Below, piece after piece: positions 1 through 59,679 of a stretch of DNA of 64,000 nt (positions are counted from its first letter, which is position 1; every line of letters starts with the position of its first letter). Origin of the DNA: Eledone cirrhosa (taxonomy: Eukaryota); contig OZ024763.1 in the NCBI GenBank assembly GCA_964016885.1, forward strand, positions 12,400,001-12,464,000, given 5' to 3'. The notes beneath the pieces were generated by a model. It made no database searches, was not told the origin of the DNA, and worked only from the letters and a program-made list of their open reading frames with translations. A program made the translations under genes and the position numbers.

Positions 1-1260
1 ATAGCTCCCTGTTATGGTGATATTTCAGTTACTAACAGCTCCCTGTTATGGAGATATTTCAGTTAATGATAGCTCCCTGTTATGGAGATATTTCAGTTAA
101 TGATAGCTCCCTGTTATGGTGATATTTCAGTTACTAACAGCTCCCTGTTATGGTGATATTTCAGTTACTAACAGCTCCCTGTTATGGAGATATTTCAGTT
201 ACTAACAGCTCCCTGTTATGGAGATATTTCAGTTACTAACAGCTCCCTGTTATGGAGATATTTCAGTTACTAACAGCTCCCTGTTATGGAGATATTTCAG
301 TTACTAACAGCTCCCTGTTATGGAGATATTTCAGTTACTAACAGCTCCCTGTTATGGTGATATTTCAGTTACTAACAGCTCCCTGTTATGGTGATATTTC
401 AGTTAATGATAGCTCCCTGTTACGTTTCAGTTAATGATTGCTCCCTGTTACGTTTCAGTTAATGATTGCTCCCTGTTACGTTTCAGTTAATGATTGCTCC
501 CTGTTACGTTTCAGTTAATGATTGCTCCCTGTTACGTTTCAGTTAATGATAGCTCCATGTTATATTTGAGTTAATGATAGCTCCCTGTTATATTTGAGTT
601 AATGATAGCTCCCTGTTATATTTGAGTTAATGATAGCTCCCTGTTATATTTGAGTTAATGATAGCTCCCTGTTATATTTGAGTTAATGATAGCTCCCTGT
701 TATATTTGAGTTAATGATAGCTCCCTGTTATATTTGAGTTAATGATAGCTCCCTGTTATATTTGAGTTAATGATAGCTCCCTGTTATATTTGAGTTAATG
801 ATAGCTCCCTGTTATATTTGAGTTAATGATAGCTCCATGTTATATTTGAGTTAATGATAGCTCCCTGTTATATTTGAGTTAATGATAGCTCCCTGTTATA
901 TTTGAGTTAATGATAGCTCCCTGTTATATTTGAGTTAATGATAGCTCCCTGTTATATTTGAGTGAATGATAGCTCCATGTTATATTTGAGTTAATGATAG
1001 CTCCCTGTTATATTTGAGTTAATGATAGCTCCCTGTTATATTTGAGTGAATGATAGCTCCATGTTATATTTGAGTTAATGATAGCTCCCTGTTATATTTG
1101 AGTTAATGATAGCTCCCTGTTGTGTTTCAGTTAATGATAGCTCCCTGTTATATTTGAGTTAATGATAGCTCCCTGTTATATTTGAGTTAATGATAGCTCC
1201 CTGTTATATTTGAGTTAATGATAGCTCCCTGTTGTGTTTCAGTTAAGGATAGCTCCCTGT
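1..1260. repeat. Minisatellite: 34-bp unit (1-420) switching to a related 28-bp unit
   Basis: AGCTCCCTGTTA core recurs every 34 bp, then every 28 bp. Confidence 0.95.
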
Positions 1261-1354
1261 TGTCGTCAATCAGTTGTATACCATAGTGTAGTTTTGTGTG
1301 TGATCTTATTTTATAATATATATATATTGGCAGACGTATAGCATGACATCGTAA

Positions 1355-1395
<41 letters not shown>

Positions 1396-1558
1396 TAATG
1401 TATATATTGGCAGACATATAGCATGACTTCGTAAATGTGTTTGTGTATATATATATACACACACACACATATATATAATGTATATATTTAGATTATTATG
1501 CTCTGTATTCTTCCATAAGTGATTAATACAATAAGATTTTTAGCATTCGCTAATGAAT

Positions 1559-1668
<110 letters not shown>

Positions 1669-1839
1669 CCTCTCTCTCTCTCCATACATACATACACAAA
1701 TTATGTAAAGTAAAAATATATATACACACATATATGTACATATATAGATATATACACACACACACATATACACATGCATATACATACATATATATATATA
1801 CATATACATGCACACACATATATATATATATATATACAT

Positions 1840-1870
<31 letters not shown>

Positions 1871-2039
1871 CACACACATATATATATATATATACACACA
1901 CATATATACATATACACATATAAAGTAAAAGTCTATATTAATCAATTTACTCTGGAAATTCTCCAAAGTGTTTATTTAATCTATTAAGATTTTAGATTTG
2001 TTTTATACATTCTATCTTTTTAACTACTAGATTGATGTC

Positions 2040-3750
2040 CCACCTTACCACCACCCTACTATACACCATACTACAACCATGCTTTACACCACACACCACA
2101 CTACAACCATGCTTTACACCACCACAATATTATACACCACCACACAACCATACTATACACCACACTACAACCATACTATACACCACCACACAACTATACT
2201 ATACACCACCACACTACAACCATACTATACACCACACTACTATACACCACACTACAACCATACTATACACCACACTACAACCATACTATACACCACACTA
2301 CTATACACTACACTACAACCATACTATACACTACACTACAACCATACTATATACCACCACACAACCATACTATACACCACCACACAACAATACTATACAC
2401 CACCACACTACAACCATACTATACACCACCACACAACCATACTATACACCACCACACAACTATACTATACACCACCACACTACAACCATACTATACACCA
2501 CACCACCACACTACTATACACCACACTACAACCATACTATACACCACCTCACAACTATACTATACACCACCACACTACAACCATACTATACACCACACTA
2601 CAACCATACTATACACCACACTACTATACACTACACTACAACCATACTATACACCACCACACAACCATACTATATACCACCACACAACCATACTATACAC
2701 CACCACACAACAATACTATACACCACCACACTACAACCATACTATACACCACCACACAACCATACTATACACCACCACACAACTATACTATACACCACCA
2801 CACTACAACCATACTATACACCACACCACCACACTACTATACACCACACTACAACCATACTATACACCACCTCACAACTATACTATACACCACCACACTA
2901 CAACCATACTATACACCACCATACTATACACCACACCACAGCAGCACCACCATCCCACAAAACCACACCACCGTACCACCACACCACACAACAGCACCAC
3001 CACCACCACACCACCACACCACCACCACACCACACCACCACACCACACCACCACCACACCATCCCACCACACCACCACCACACCACCATCCCACCACACC
3101 ACAGCACCACCACCACCACACCACAGCACCACCACCACCACACCACCACACCACACCACCACCACACCATCCCACCACACCACCACCACACCATCCCACC
3201 ACACCACCACCACACCACCATCCCACCACACCACAGCACCACCACCACCACACCACAGCACCACCACCACCACACCACCATCCCACCACACCACACCACA
3301 CCACACCACCACCACACCACACCACACCACCATCCCACCACACCACACCACACCATCACCTCATTATCTGGTGATAGAATAACATTTCCAACATGTAATT
3401 TGATGGTAGTGTCATCTTTAATTTATTAAAACTTCTTGTACCACCACCACCACTACTACCACCACTACCACTACTACCACTACCACCACTACTACTACTA
3501 CTACTACCATCACCACTACTACTATTACCTCCACTACTACCACCACCACCACCACCATTACTGCTGCTACTACCACCACTACTGTCACCCCTCTACCATC
3601 ACCCTACTACTGCTGCCCCATTACCACCACTACCTACATCACTAACACTACATGTAGCCTCATCCCTAATACGCCCTCCACACCTCTACTACTACAGTCA
3701 CTGCCTCTACTACTACTACCACCACCACTATACCCACACCATCACCACCT
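2040..3750. repeat. CAC/TAC-rich low-complexity minisatellite
   Basis: Read directly. Confidence 0.9.
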
Positions 3751-3931
3751 TTGTCTAACCACCACCATCTCTCATCTGACATTTCCAGTTATAAAACATG
3801 TGAAAGAATTCCTTTTAAAATAGATTATTACTTTGTAGATAGAGTGAGAGAGAGAGTGTGATAGAAAGAGGGAGACAAAGGAGGAGAAAGGGAGACAGTG
3901 ATAGATAGTAAGAGAGAGGGGGTGGGAGTAC

Positions 3932-4450
3932 GTTAACCCTTTCATTACCATATTTCTAATGAAAGACACTGTCTATGTCATTAACCCTTTCATTACCATA
4001 TTTCTAATGAAAGACACTGTCTATGTCATTAACCCTTTCATTACCATATTTCTAATGAAAGACACTGTCTATGTCTTTAACCCTTTCATTACCATATTTC
4101 TAATGAAAGACACTGTCTATGTCATTAACCCTTTCATTACCATATTTCCAATGAAAGACACTGTCTATGTCTTTAACCCTTTCATTACCATATTTCTAAT
4201 GAAAGACACTGTCTATGTCATTAACCCTTCCATTACCATATTTCTAATGAAAGACACTGCCTATGTCTTTAACCCTTTCATTACCATATTTTTAATGAAA
4301 GACACTGTCTATGTCTTTAACCCTTTCACTACCATATTTCCAATGAAAGACACTGTCTATGTCTTTAACCCTTTCATTACCATATTTCTAATGAAAGACA
4401 CTGTCTATGTCATTAACCCTTTCACTACCATATTTCCAATGAAAGATACC
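3932..4450. repeat. 48-bp minisatellite built from a TTAACCCTTT transposon end
   Basis: Unit TTAACCCTTTCATTACCATATTTCTAATGAAAGACACTGTCTATGTCA; related single copies at about 15430-15490 and 27820. Confidence 0.9.
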
Positions 4451-4509
4451 CTATGATTTACAAATAATTGTGAAAATAACAATTTGAAAAGATTTTTGCT
4501 TAACATATA

Positions 4510-4800
4510 CAGATGTGTCTCTCAGACAAGATGTCTCTCTCAGACAAGATGTCTCTCTCAGACAAGATGTGTCTCTCAGACAAGATGTCTCTCTCAGACA
4601 AGATGTCTCTCTCAGACAAGATGTCTCTCTCAGACAAGATGTCTCTCTCAGACAAGATGTGACTCGCGGGCAATATGTGACTCGCAGGCAAGATGTGACT
4701 CGCAGGCAAGATGTGACTCGCGGGCAAGATGTGACTCGCAGGCAAGATGTGACTCGCAGACAAGGTGTGTCTCTTAGAGAAAATGTGACTCTCAGGCAGA
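4510..4800. repeat. 18-bp minisatellite
   Basis: AGATGTCTCTCTCAGACA repeats. Confidence 0.9.
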
Positions 4801-5157
4801 ATATTGATATACAACAGATGAGATAGGCAAGTTACAACATAGACAGTTGTGACATATACAGATGTAACACAGATGTGACTCTTAGACAGTGGTAACACAG
4901 AAAACAGATGTGACTCTTGGATAAGATGTAAGATTAAACAGATGTAATGTAGAAAACTAACACAAAACAGATGTCACATTTTATAACCAATGTCAAGAAA
5001 CAGATGTGATAATTTAACCCTTCTGATATGCTCCCCCCCCCTCCTCACCCCTGGTTCTCTGATACAAATCTATATTTAGTTGACACAGGGTGGATGAACA
5101 GTTGATAGTTTATTTACAATCTTTAGGTCCTCGGTTTAACCCTTCATTATTTACAGT

Positions 5158-5285
5158 CGTCCCTTTACGATCTGAGTTCAAATCCCGCCGAGGTTGACTT
5201 TGCTTTTCATCCCTACGGGGTCGATAAAATAAAAGTACCAGTAATGCACTGGGTAATTGCTGGCCTTGTGCCTAAAGTAGAAACA
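5158..5285 (+). mobile_element. Second SINE family (truncated) with 12-bp target-site duplication ATTATTTACAGT
   Basis: Box B GAGTTCAAATCC and core GCCGAGGTTGACTTTGCTTTTCATCC...GGTCGATAAAATAAAAGTACCAG, resembling a Meta/Sauria-type SINE core. TSD at 5146-5157 and 5286-5297. Confidence 0.75.
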
Positions 5286-5296
5286 ATTATTTACAG

Positions 5297-7617
5297 TACT
5301 CTATATATACTGTAGTATTGTTACATAATACAGTACTCTATATATACTATAGTATTGTTACATAATACAGTACTCTATATATACTATAGTATTGTTACAT
5401 AATACAGTACTCTATATATACTATAGTATTGTTACATAATACAGTACTCTATATATACTATAGTATTGTTACATAATACAATACTCTATATTTACTATAG
5501 TATTGTTACATAATACAATACTCTATATTTACTATAGTATCTTTACATAATACAATACTCTATATTTACTATAGTATCTTTGCATAATACAGTACTCTAT
5601 AATTACTATAGTATTGTTACATAATACAATACTCTATATTTATTATAGTATCTTTACATAATACAATACTCTATATTTACTATAGTATCTTTACATAATA
5701 CAATACTCTATATTTACTATAGTATCTTTACATAATACAGTACTCTATATTTACTATAGTATCTTTACATAATACAGTACTCTATATTTACTATAGTATC
5801 TTTACATAATACAGTACTCTATATTTACTATAGTATTGTTACATAATACAATACTCTATATATACTATAGTATTGTTACATAATACAGTACTCTATATAT
5901 ACTATAGTATCTTTACATAATACAGTACTCTATATTTACTATAGTATTGTTACATAATACAGTACTCTATATATACTATAGTATTGTTACATAATCCAAT
6001 ACTCTATATTTACTATAGTATCTTTGCATAATACAGTACTCTATAATTACTATAGTATTGTTACATAATACAGTACTCCATATGTACTATAGTATTGTTA
6101 CATAATACAGTACTCTATATATACTATAGTATTGTTACATAATACAGTACTCTATAATTACTATAGTATTGTTACATAATACAGTACTCCATATGTACTA
6201 TAGTATTGTTACATAATACAGTACTCTATATATACTATAGTATTGTTACATAATACAGTACTCTATATATACTATAGTATTGTTATATAATACAGTACTC
6301 TATATATACTATAGTATCTTTATATAATACAGTACTCTATATATACTATAGTATCTTTACATAATACAATACTATATATACTATAGTATTGTTACATAAT
6401 ACAATACTCTATATTTACTATAGTATCTTTACATAATACAATACTATATATACTATAGTATCTTTACATAATACAGTACTCTATATGTACTATAGTATTG
6501 TTACATAATACAGTACTCTATATGTACTATAGTATTGTTACATAATACAGTACTCTATATATACTATAGTATTGTTACATAATACAGTACTCTATATGTA
6601 CTATAGTATTGTTACATAATACAGTACTCTATATGTACTATAGTATTGTTACATAATACAGTACTCTATATATACTATAGTATTGTTACATAATACAGTA
6701 CTCTATATATACTATAGTATCTTTATATAATACAGTACTCTATATATACTATAGTATCTTTACATAATACAATACTATATATACTATAGTATTGTTACAT
6801 AATACAGTACTCTATATATACTATAGTATCTTTACATAATACAATACTCTATATATACTATAGTATCTTTACATAATACAATACTCTATATATACTATAG
6901 TTTTGTTACATAATACAGTACTCTATATATACTATAGTATTGTTACATAATGCAGTACTCTATATTTACTATAGTATTGTTACATAATACAGTACTCTAT
7001 ATATAATATAGTATTGTTACATAATACAGTACTCTATATATACTATAGTATTGTTACATAATACAGTACTCTATATATACTATAGTATTGTTACATAATA
7101 CAGTACTCTATATATACTATAGTATCTTTACATAATACAGTACTCTATATATACTATAGTATCTTTACATAATACAGTACTCTATATATACTATAGTATT
7201 GTTACATAATACAGTACTCTATATATACTATAGTATTGTTACATAATACAGTACTCTATATATACTATAGTATCTTTACATAATACAATACTCTATATAT
7301 ACTATAGTATCTTTACATAATACAATACTCTATATATACTATAGTTTTGTTACATAATACAGTACTCTATATTTACTATAGTATTGTTACATAATGCAGT
7401 ACTCTATATTTACTATAATATTGTTACATAATACAGTACTCTATATATACTATAGTATTGTTACATAATACAGTACTCTATATATACTATAGTATTGTTA
7501 CATAATACAGTACTCTATATATACTATAGTATTGTTACATAATACAGTACTCTATATATACTATAGTATCTTTACATAATACAGTACTCTATATATACTA
7601 TAGTATTTTTACATAAT
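5297..7617. repeat. 37-bp AT-rich minisatellite (about 60 copies)
   Basis: TACTCTATATATACTATAGTATTGTTACATAATACAG. Confidence 0.95.
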
Positions 7618-8089
7618 ATTGAATCTATGAGATTTTGATGTTATTTATTTTGAGAACAATACCTTAACATCAGTATGAGTGGTCAGTTTGAACTGAAAGA
7701 GGTGAAAGAGTTCTGGCCAGATACAGCCAGTTTAAATGGTAAAGGGTTAATTTATCATAGCCTTGGTTTGACCTATGTTTTGTGGATGATATTGGGTAGA
7801 CAGAAACTGTTCGGAAGCCCATCACATGGACTGTACCTGTAATTCAAGGGGCCAGCCTTGCTGCCACACACTGTGACATACTGAATCTCCCTGAAAATTA
7901 CACTAAGGGTGTCAGTGGAATGCTCAGCCACTTACACATTGTTCCGTTGATTGAACAACTGGAACAATCGTTGAAACCAACAGAAGCCTATTCCCTTTTA
8001 AGTTATGTTCCAAGCAACAACTAAATAATGAGGAATTTAGTTATCTATATATAAATTTGAGCGATGTCCATCCCTCCGTCACACTCTAA

Positions 8090-8530
8090 AGATGACTGAG
8101 GAAGGAAGGGGTGATGACGTCACACACTAGAGATGACTGAGGAAGGAAGGGGTGATGACATCACACGCTAGAGATGACTGAGGAAGGAAGGGGTAATGAC
8201 GTCACGCACTAGAGATGACTGAGGAAGGAAGGGGTAATGACATCACACACTAGAGATGACTGAGGAAGGAAGGGGTGATGACATCACACACTAGAGATGA
8301 CTGAGGAAGGAAGGGGTGATGACGTCACACACTAGAGATGACTGAGGAAGGAAGGGGTGATGACATCACACACTAGAGATGACTGAGGAAGGAAGGGGTG
8401 ATGACGTCACACACTAGAGATGACTGAGGAAGGAAGGGGTGATGACATCACACACTAGAGATGACTGAGGAAGGAAGGGGTAATGACGTCACACACTAGA
8501 GATGACTGAGGAAGGAAGGGGTGATGACAA
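8090..8530. repeat. 41-bp minisatellite containing TGACGTCA/TGACATCA
   Basis: About 11 copies of AGATGACTGAGGAAGGAAGGGGTGATGACRTCACACACTAG. Confidence 0.93.
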
Positions 8531-8724
8531 GCTACAGAAAACAGCGTCCAACATTCACTACACTTTGTCAGAGTATGTGTGTGTGTGTATTTATGTGTGT
8601 ATTTATGTGATTGTGTGTCTGTGTTTGCGTGTTTATAATAATATACTCATACACTCACCGTGTTTAAAAAATTCTAGTATTATTAAATACCTCCAAAATC
8701 TTCCTCATTTTGGAAATGAATTGT

Positions 8725-9012
8725 AGTGGTGGTAGGGACGGTGGTGGTGGTAGTGGTGGTGATGGTAGTGACTGTGGTGCTGGTAGCAGCGGTGGTAGTG
8801 GTGGTAGTGACGGTGGTGGTGGTGGTGGTGATGGTGATGGTGATGGTGGTGATGGTAGCAGCGGTGGTAGTGGTGGTAGTGACGGTGGTGCTGGTAGTGG
8901 TAGTGGTGGAGATGGTAGTGACTGTGGTGCTGGTAGCAGCGGTGGTAGTGGTGGTAGTGACGGTGGTGATGGTAGTGACTGTGGTGCTGGTAGCAGTGGT
9001 GGTGGTGGTGGT
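8725..9012. repeat. GGT-rich simple repeat
   Basis: Read directly. Confidence 0.9.
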
Positions 9013-10160
9013 ATCATAATGATCGTATTTACCAATAATAGTTGTAATTATTTCCATATCCCAGAGATAGCAAGGAGCTAATTAATCAATAGCTGCTGTC
9101 AGTAAGCTAATCATTAATTAGCCAAAGATCAATCACAGCACCTTGGGAACAGACTAATCAATAATCAATAATTACAACACACACACACACACACGTGTGT
9201 GTGTATATTTACTTTTACCTGTTTTTGCCAGCTTGCTGAGGCCATGCTGGGGCATCACAATATATGTGTGTGTGTGTGTGTATATATATATTGATAAATA
9301 TGCTGGGTCCGTCAACTCCTTATTATATATATATATTAATTAGAGTATATGTTGGTTAATTACTGACACTTCAGTATGCAGGGTAGGTAGAGCACTCAAT
9401 GAAGTGCGCAGGTAGGTATGTTTACTCTGGAGTATATGTATAAACAAGAAGTATAAGTCAACAGGTTAAAATTAACTTTGTTTATTCATAATCACTGTTT
9501 TATATATTTCAGTGATATATATGCTTAAGATGAAACAATTGTTCTCGGTATGGTGAACTAACTGTTGTGTTACTACTTATATATATATATATATATATAT
9601 AGATATATATATATATATATATACATCCAGTCCAAATAAATGAGATCGAGATTGTGTAGGTGTCACGAGAAAAAAACACACAGTCCACGCTGTAATGTGG
9701 CCGTGTAGGTAACACGGTAAAAAGTTCCCAGTTCCACATTGTAACTATGGTTGGTGTTAGGAAGGGCATCCAGCCATAGGAAACCTGCCAGATAGTCCTA
9801 TATGAGCGAGACATGGTCACCCAACCAACCTTGCCTCAAGTGGGACAACTCCCGTCTAACCCATGCTACCGTGGAAAATGGACGTTAAACGAAGATGATG
9901 ATGATGATGATGATATTTAGGTTTGTTGGTTCACCACTGGATAGAACTGGTCATTCCGTATGGTCAACCTCGATATAATATTATGGAGAGTACTCGACGT
10001 AATGCAACTCACCCGTCTTCGTTTGTGTTGTTGGTGGTGCGCGTACGGAGTTAATTATTATAAAATAACAGGAGGCTGGACATATTTCGAATACCTGATG
10101 ATGTCACCGGATAAACCTTTTAAGGAATTACACTAGTCCAGCCTCCTGTTATTTTATACA

Positions 10161-10503
10161 TGGAGGCACATGGTTTAGTGGTTAGAGCATTGGCCTTGTA
10201 ATCGAAAGGTTGTGGGTTCAATTCTTAGACCGGGTGATGTGTTGTTTCCTTGAGCAAGACACTTTATTTCACATTGCTCCAGTTTACTCAGCTGTAGAAA
10301 TGAGATGATAGGAACTGGGGTCCATATTATTCCACTGTAAAGTGGTCGTGGAGGTGCCACGGCAAAAAAGCACCCAGCACTCACTGTAAATGAGGTGTTA
10401 GGAAGGGCATCCAGCTGTAGCAATCAAGCCAGAATCAGTTCCCATCCCACCCTTGCAAGCAGGGAAAAAGCGGACGTAAAATGAAATGATGATGATGATG
10501 ATG
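10161..10503 (+). mobile_element. tRNA-derived SINE, full length
   Basis: Pol III box A (TGGTTTAGTGG), box B (GGTTCAATTC) and a (GAT)n tail; near-identical copies at 38925 and 45976. Confidence 0.85.
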
Positions 10504-10748
10504 AAACTGTTTTCCAATAGATGGCAACATGAATGGACCTGTTATATTTCTCTAAAACAAATGTTGCCATTTCCACCCTGGCATTCTCCCCAATCTTTCT
10601 ATTTCGTCTTTAATTTCACATTGCTTCTTCTGATGAAGGACTAGCACCTGAAACATTAAGACTTTCTTCCTCTATTTCAAGCGTTAAACTAATATATTCC
10701 TTCCATGTACTGTGCCATTTGTGTTATTTTTGCTATTTCTGTTTACCT

Positions 10749-10783
<35 letters not shown>

Positions 10784-11164
10784 AACAACAAATCTGTCAG
10801 TTTTAGGTGAAGGTTTCAATATACAGGCTGAGTGAATCTACCACTTAGTTACAGGGAGTACTCAACCTCTTACTCCCCCAATACTTCCATCAAACTGCCG
10901 TTACTTTACCATTATACCACCGCCATCACACCACCACACCAACACCACCACCATCACCATCACACCAACACCACCACCATCACATCGCACCACCACACCA
11001 ACACCACCACCACCACACCAACACCACCACACCAACACAACCACATTACACTTAACCTATTTCTGCTGTTTATTAATTTATACCATTTCCTGTACATAAT
11101 TCTAGCAGGTGTCCATGCTTTTCTAGCAAATTTCAACATATTTCGAACAAACGCCGACGTCCAC

Positions 11165-11530
11165 TCATTTCCAGTCAACATCCACACATTTCCAGCCAAC
11201 ATTCACACATTTCCAGCCAGTATCCACACATTTCCAGCCAGTATCCACACATTTCCAGCCAGTATCCACACATTTCCAGCCAGTATCCACACATTTCCAG
11301 CCAGTATCCACACATTTCCAGCCAGTATCCACACATTTCCAGCCAGTATCCACATATTTCCAGCCAGTATCCACACATTTCCAGCCAACATCCACACATT
11401 TCCAGCCAGTATCCACACATTTCCAGCCAGTATCCACACATTTCCAGCCAACATCCACACATTTCCAGCCAGTATCCACACATTTCCAGCCAGTATCCAC
11501 ATATTTCCAGCCAGTATCCACATATTTCTA
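11165..11530. repeat. 21-bp minisatellite with a degenerate extension up to the 11867 acceptor
   Basis: CATTTCCAGCCAGTATCCACA. Confidence 0.92.
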
Positions 11531-11866
11531 TCAAGTGTCTTCACATATTTCTGGCTAGTGTCAACATACTTCCAGAAATTAACATATTTCTATCAACAGT
11601 CAACTGTTCACATATTTCTGTCAAATGTCAACACATTTCTAAGAACTGTCAACATATTTCTAACAATACTTTCTAGCAAATATCTCGTGTTTCTAAGAAC
11701 TGTCAACATATTTCTAGCCAATACTTTCTAGCTGGTGTCAAAATATTTCTAACAAATGTCAACACATTTCTCAGATTTCTCACAATTGTCAATATATTTC
11801 TAGCCAATATTTTCTAGCTGGTGTCAACATATTTCTAATTGTGTTTTTTTTTTTTTTTCTTTTCAG

Positions 11867-54948
<43,082 letters not shown>

Positions 54949-55500
54949 GACTAACTCAAATGATTAAAAAAAAAAAACATATATATATATTAAAAAAAAT
55001 TTTAAAAAACCTTATTTGGTTTGGTGGAATTAATTGTAATTTAAACAACAACAAAAATAAACACAAAATAAAACAATTTATTGGAACAAAACAAAAAACA
55101 GATTTAAATTTTTTTTTTTTTTTTGAAAAAATTTTGAGGAAGAGAAGAAAAGAACATTTTTTTTTTCTTTTTTTTTTAATAAAAACCAAATTAATTGTAA
55201 GAAAGTGCTTTTTTTTTCTCTGTTTACTTGTGATGGAAAAGGAAAGAAAAAGGAAAGGCCCCTGGTTTTTCATACCGTGGGTTAATAATAATAATAAAAT
55301 GTGTGTGTTATAAGGAGAGCCTTTCACTATACTATGTATGGTTGTTTTTCTTTGGTGAGGATATATATATTTTTCTTTTGTTTTTTGTTGTTTTTTTTTT
55401 CAAGAGACTGGCCACGCTGAAAAAAATAGAGTAAATAGCTTCCAGGACTTTGCAGAATTAACAAAATAAATAAATAAAATTAAGATTTAAAAGAAAAAAA
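54949..55500 (+). other. 3' UTR (A/U-rich, several AATAAA); end undefined
   Basis: Follows the stop codon; AATAAA hexamers at about 55056, 55067, 55178, 55293 and 55465. Confidence 0.6.
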
Positions 55501-56789
55501 TAATTTTTTTAATTTAAAAAATAATTTTTTAAATGGAAATTAAAAGTTTAATGGTTTCTGGCGATGAATGATAGCCACAACACTTCCTATATGGCAACAC
55601 CAAAGATAGAAAGATGATGAAGAAAGAGAAAACTGGTTGAGAGAGAGAGAGTTGTTTAAACGCATACTAATGTTAACGTCACCCACCACCCCCTGCATGA
55701 CCCCACACACCACCACCCCTCTGTGTGACTCCACACACCACCACCCCTCTGTGTGACTCCACAGAGAGAGAAAATATATCAGGCCGCCTGTTGTTCAGGA
55801 AGGGGTAAAGAGGCTGTGTGAGTATATATATGTGTGTATGTGTACATATGTGTACATATGTGTGTCTTGTCTTGTGTTTTAGTATGTTATGAAGGTAAGG
55901 CTTGTCTAGATTTGGCAAGATGAGAGCTCAACCCTTGCACTCCAGCAACTAAGGCCACACTCACCCTCACTTGGGGGCTGTCAAGAAAGACATAGCGAGC
56001 CCAACACTCACCCTCCAACTACTGAGGTCACACTCACTCACTTTCCAACAACTAAAAAGATTAATGAATTTTAAGAGATATTAATTACTTAATTAATTAA
56101 GTTGAAATTTAATTTAAAAAAAGGAAAAAAAACACAGCCTTTTTCCTCCTCCATCATCCCCTCCTTATATCAAACTGACCGTTAGATGTGGTGGAACTAT
56201 ATTGAGGACTGGAGTGGCTGTTTTTCTTTAGCTGATCTCATTGGATAGTCAGTCCATAGCTATCTGGAGTGACCAGTCCATAGCTATCTGATCTAATCAG
56301 TCCATAGCTATCTGGAGTGACCAGTCCATAGCTATCTGATCTAATCAGTCCATAGCTATCTGGAGTGACCAGTCCATAGCTAACTAAATTGATTAACCAA
56401 TACATAATTGAACTAACTGAATTGACCACTTCATACCTAACTGAAATGACCACTACAATAGTTAGCTGAACTGACTAGCTCATAACTAGTTACATTGATC
56501 AATTAAGAATGGATGCAGACAAAGAATTTATTCTTAAAGAAAATTTTAAAAGTTAAAAAAAAAAACACCAAAATTGTTATAAAATTTGTTTAAAATTAAT
56601 TTTCATGCTTTTTTTATTTATATTTGTTTGGTACATGATTTCATTACAGCTGTTGTTAGGATGGTGGATTGGCAGAGCATCAGTAGAGGGCTAGACATGA
56701 TTTGTGGCATAGATGGGTTCTCAGGTCAAATCACACTAAGGTTAGCTTTACCTTTCATCTTTAGGAGGTCGATGAAATAAAGTACCTAG

Positions 56790-57562
56790 GGTACCTTGCT
56801 ACAGTAACAGGCTAGCTACCTGCAGTTTCTGGTACCTTGCTACAGTAACAGGCTAGCTACCTGCAGTTTCTGGTACCTTGCTACAGTAACAGGCTAGCTA
56901 CCTGTGGTTTATGGTACCTTGCTACAGTAGCAGGCTAGCTACCTGCAGTTTATGGTACCTTGCTACAGTAACAGGCTAGCTATCTGTGGTTTATGGTACC
57001 TTGCTACAGTAACAGGCGAGCTACCTGTGGTTTATGGTACCTTGCTACAGTAACAGGCTAGCTACCTGCAGTTTATGGTACCTTGCTACAGTAACAGGCT
57101 AGCTACCTGCAGTTTATGGTACCTTGCTACAGTAGCAGGCTAGCTACCTGCAGTTTATGGTACCTTGCTACAGTAACAGGCTAGCTACCTGTGGTTTATG
57201 GTACTTTGCTACAGTAACAGGCTAGCTACCTGCAGTTTATGGTACCTTGCTACAGTAACAGGCTAGCTACATGTGGTTTATGGTACTTTGCTACAGCAGC
57301 AGGCTAGCTACCTGCTGTTTATGGTACCTTGCTACAGTAACAGGCTAGCTACCTGCTGTTTATGGTACCTTGCTACAGTAACAGGCTAGCTACCTGTGGT
57401 TTATGGTACCTTGCTACAGTAACAGGCTAGCTACCTGTGGTTTATGGTACCTTGCTACAGTAACAGGCTAGCTACCTGCAGTTTATGGTACCTTGCTACA
57501 GTAATAGGATAGCTACCTGTGGTTTATGGTACCTTGTTAGAGTAACAGGCTAGCTACATGCA
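56790..57562. repeat. 41-bp minisatellite beginning at the end of a SINE fragment
   Basis: GGTACCTTGCTACAGTAACAGGCTAGCTACCTGCAGTTTAT. Confidence 0.93.
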
Positions 57563-58059
57563 GCCTAGGCTACCTTGGTATTAGTTCTCTTCAACCATCT
57601 ACTTTCCTGATAATTCTAGCCATACTAAGGAGGTAAACTCTATACAATAGTTCTACTAAACACACTGTCCCCATTTTCTTTATGTCTCCCGCAACATATA
57701 TTGATACTGTCCTCATATCAGCACTATCTTCATATTTTTCATTTTCCACAGTCGAGCTATCTCATATTAAAAGTCTGTTTTCTCCGCTTCTTTCCAAACT
57801 TCCCGTCAGGCAAATGGGGGGAATACAATGTCAACTACAACACACAAGGACCAGGTGCTTTGTCCCACAACACAAAGTCCACTTTATTGTTAAATATGTA
57901 CCTGATGCCACACTGATTCTTTCTTCCTTCGTACGATTGATACTCTACTCCCCAAGGGCATTTGTTCTCATTTAGCATACTGCCTAGGGATGCACTTAAC
58001 TTGCACCTTTACACACACGTGTATATATAATTAGAGGGAGAAATGTAGATATATTATGT

Positions 58060-59679
<1,620 letters not shown>

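Larger units (their letters stand above)
5140..7746. mobile_element. Copy of the same TTAA MITE, inflated by a SINE insertion and an internal 37-bp minisatellite
   Basis: Left end TTAA|CCCTTC; the right 130 bp match 22280-22418 and end AAAGGG|TTAA. Confidence 0.7.

Noticed and set aside
2032-3429. His/Thr/Tyr-rich 465-aa and 431-aa ORFs
   Set aside because: Simple-repeat translation open in several frames, with no convincing splice sites.
10165-10235. tRNA-like sequences (also at 38925, 45980, 41515, 63400)
   Set aside because: They are SINE heads continuing into a shared SINE body, with no intact cloverleaf.
10832-11731. 299-aa ORF with HTFPASI repeats
   Set aside because: Product of the 21-bp minisatellite and a CAC repeat, with no other support.
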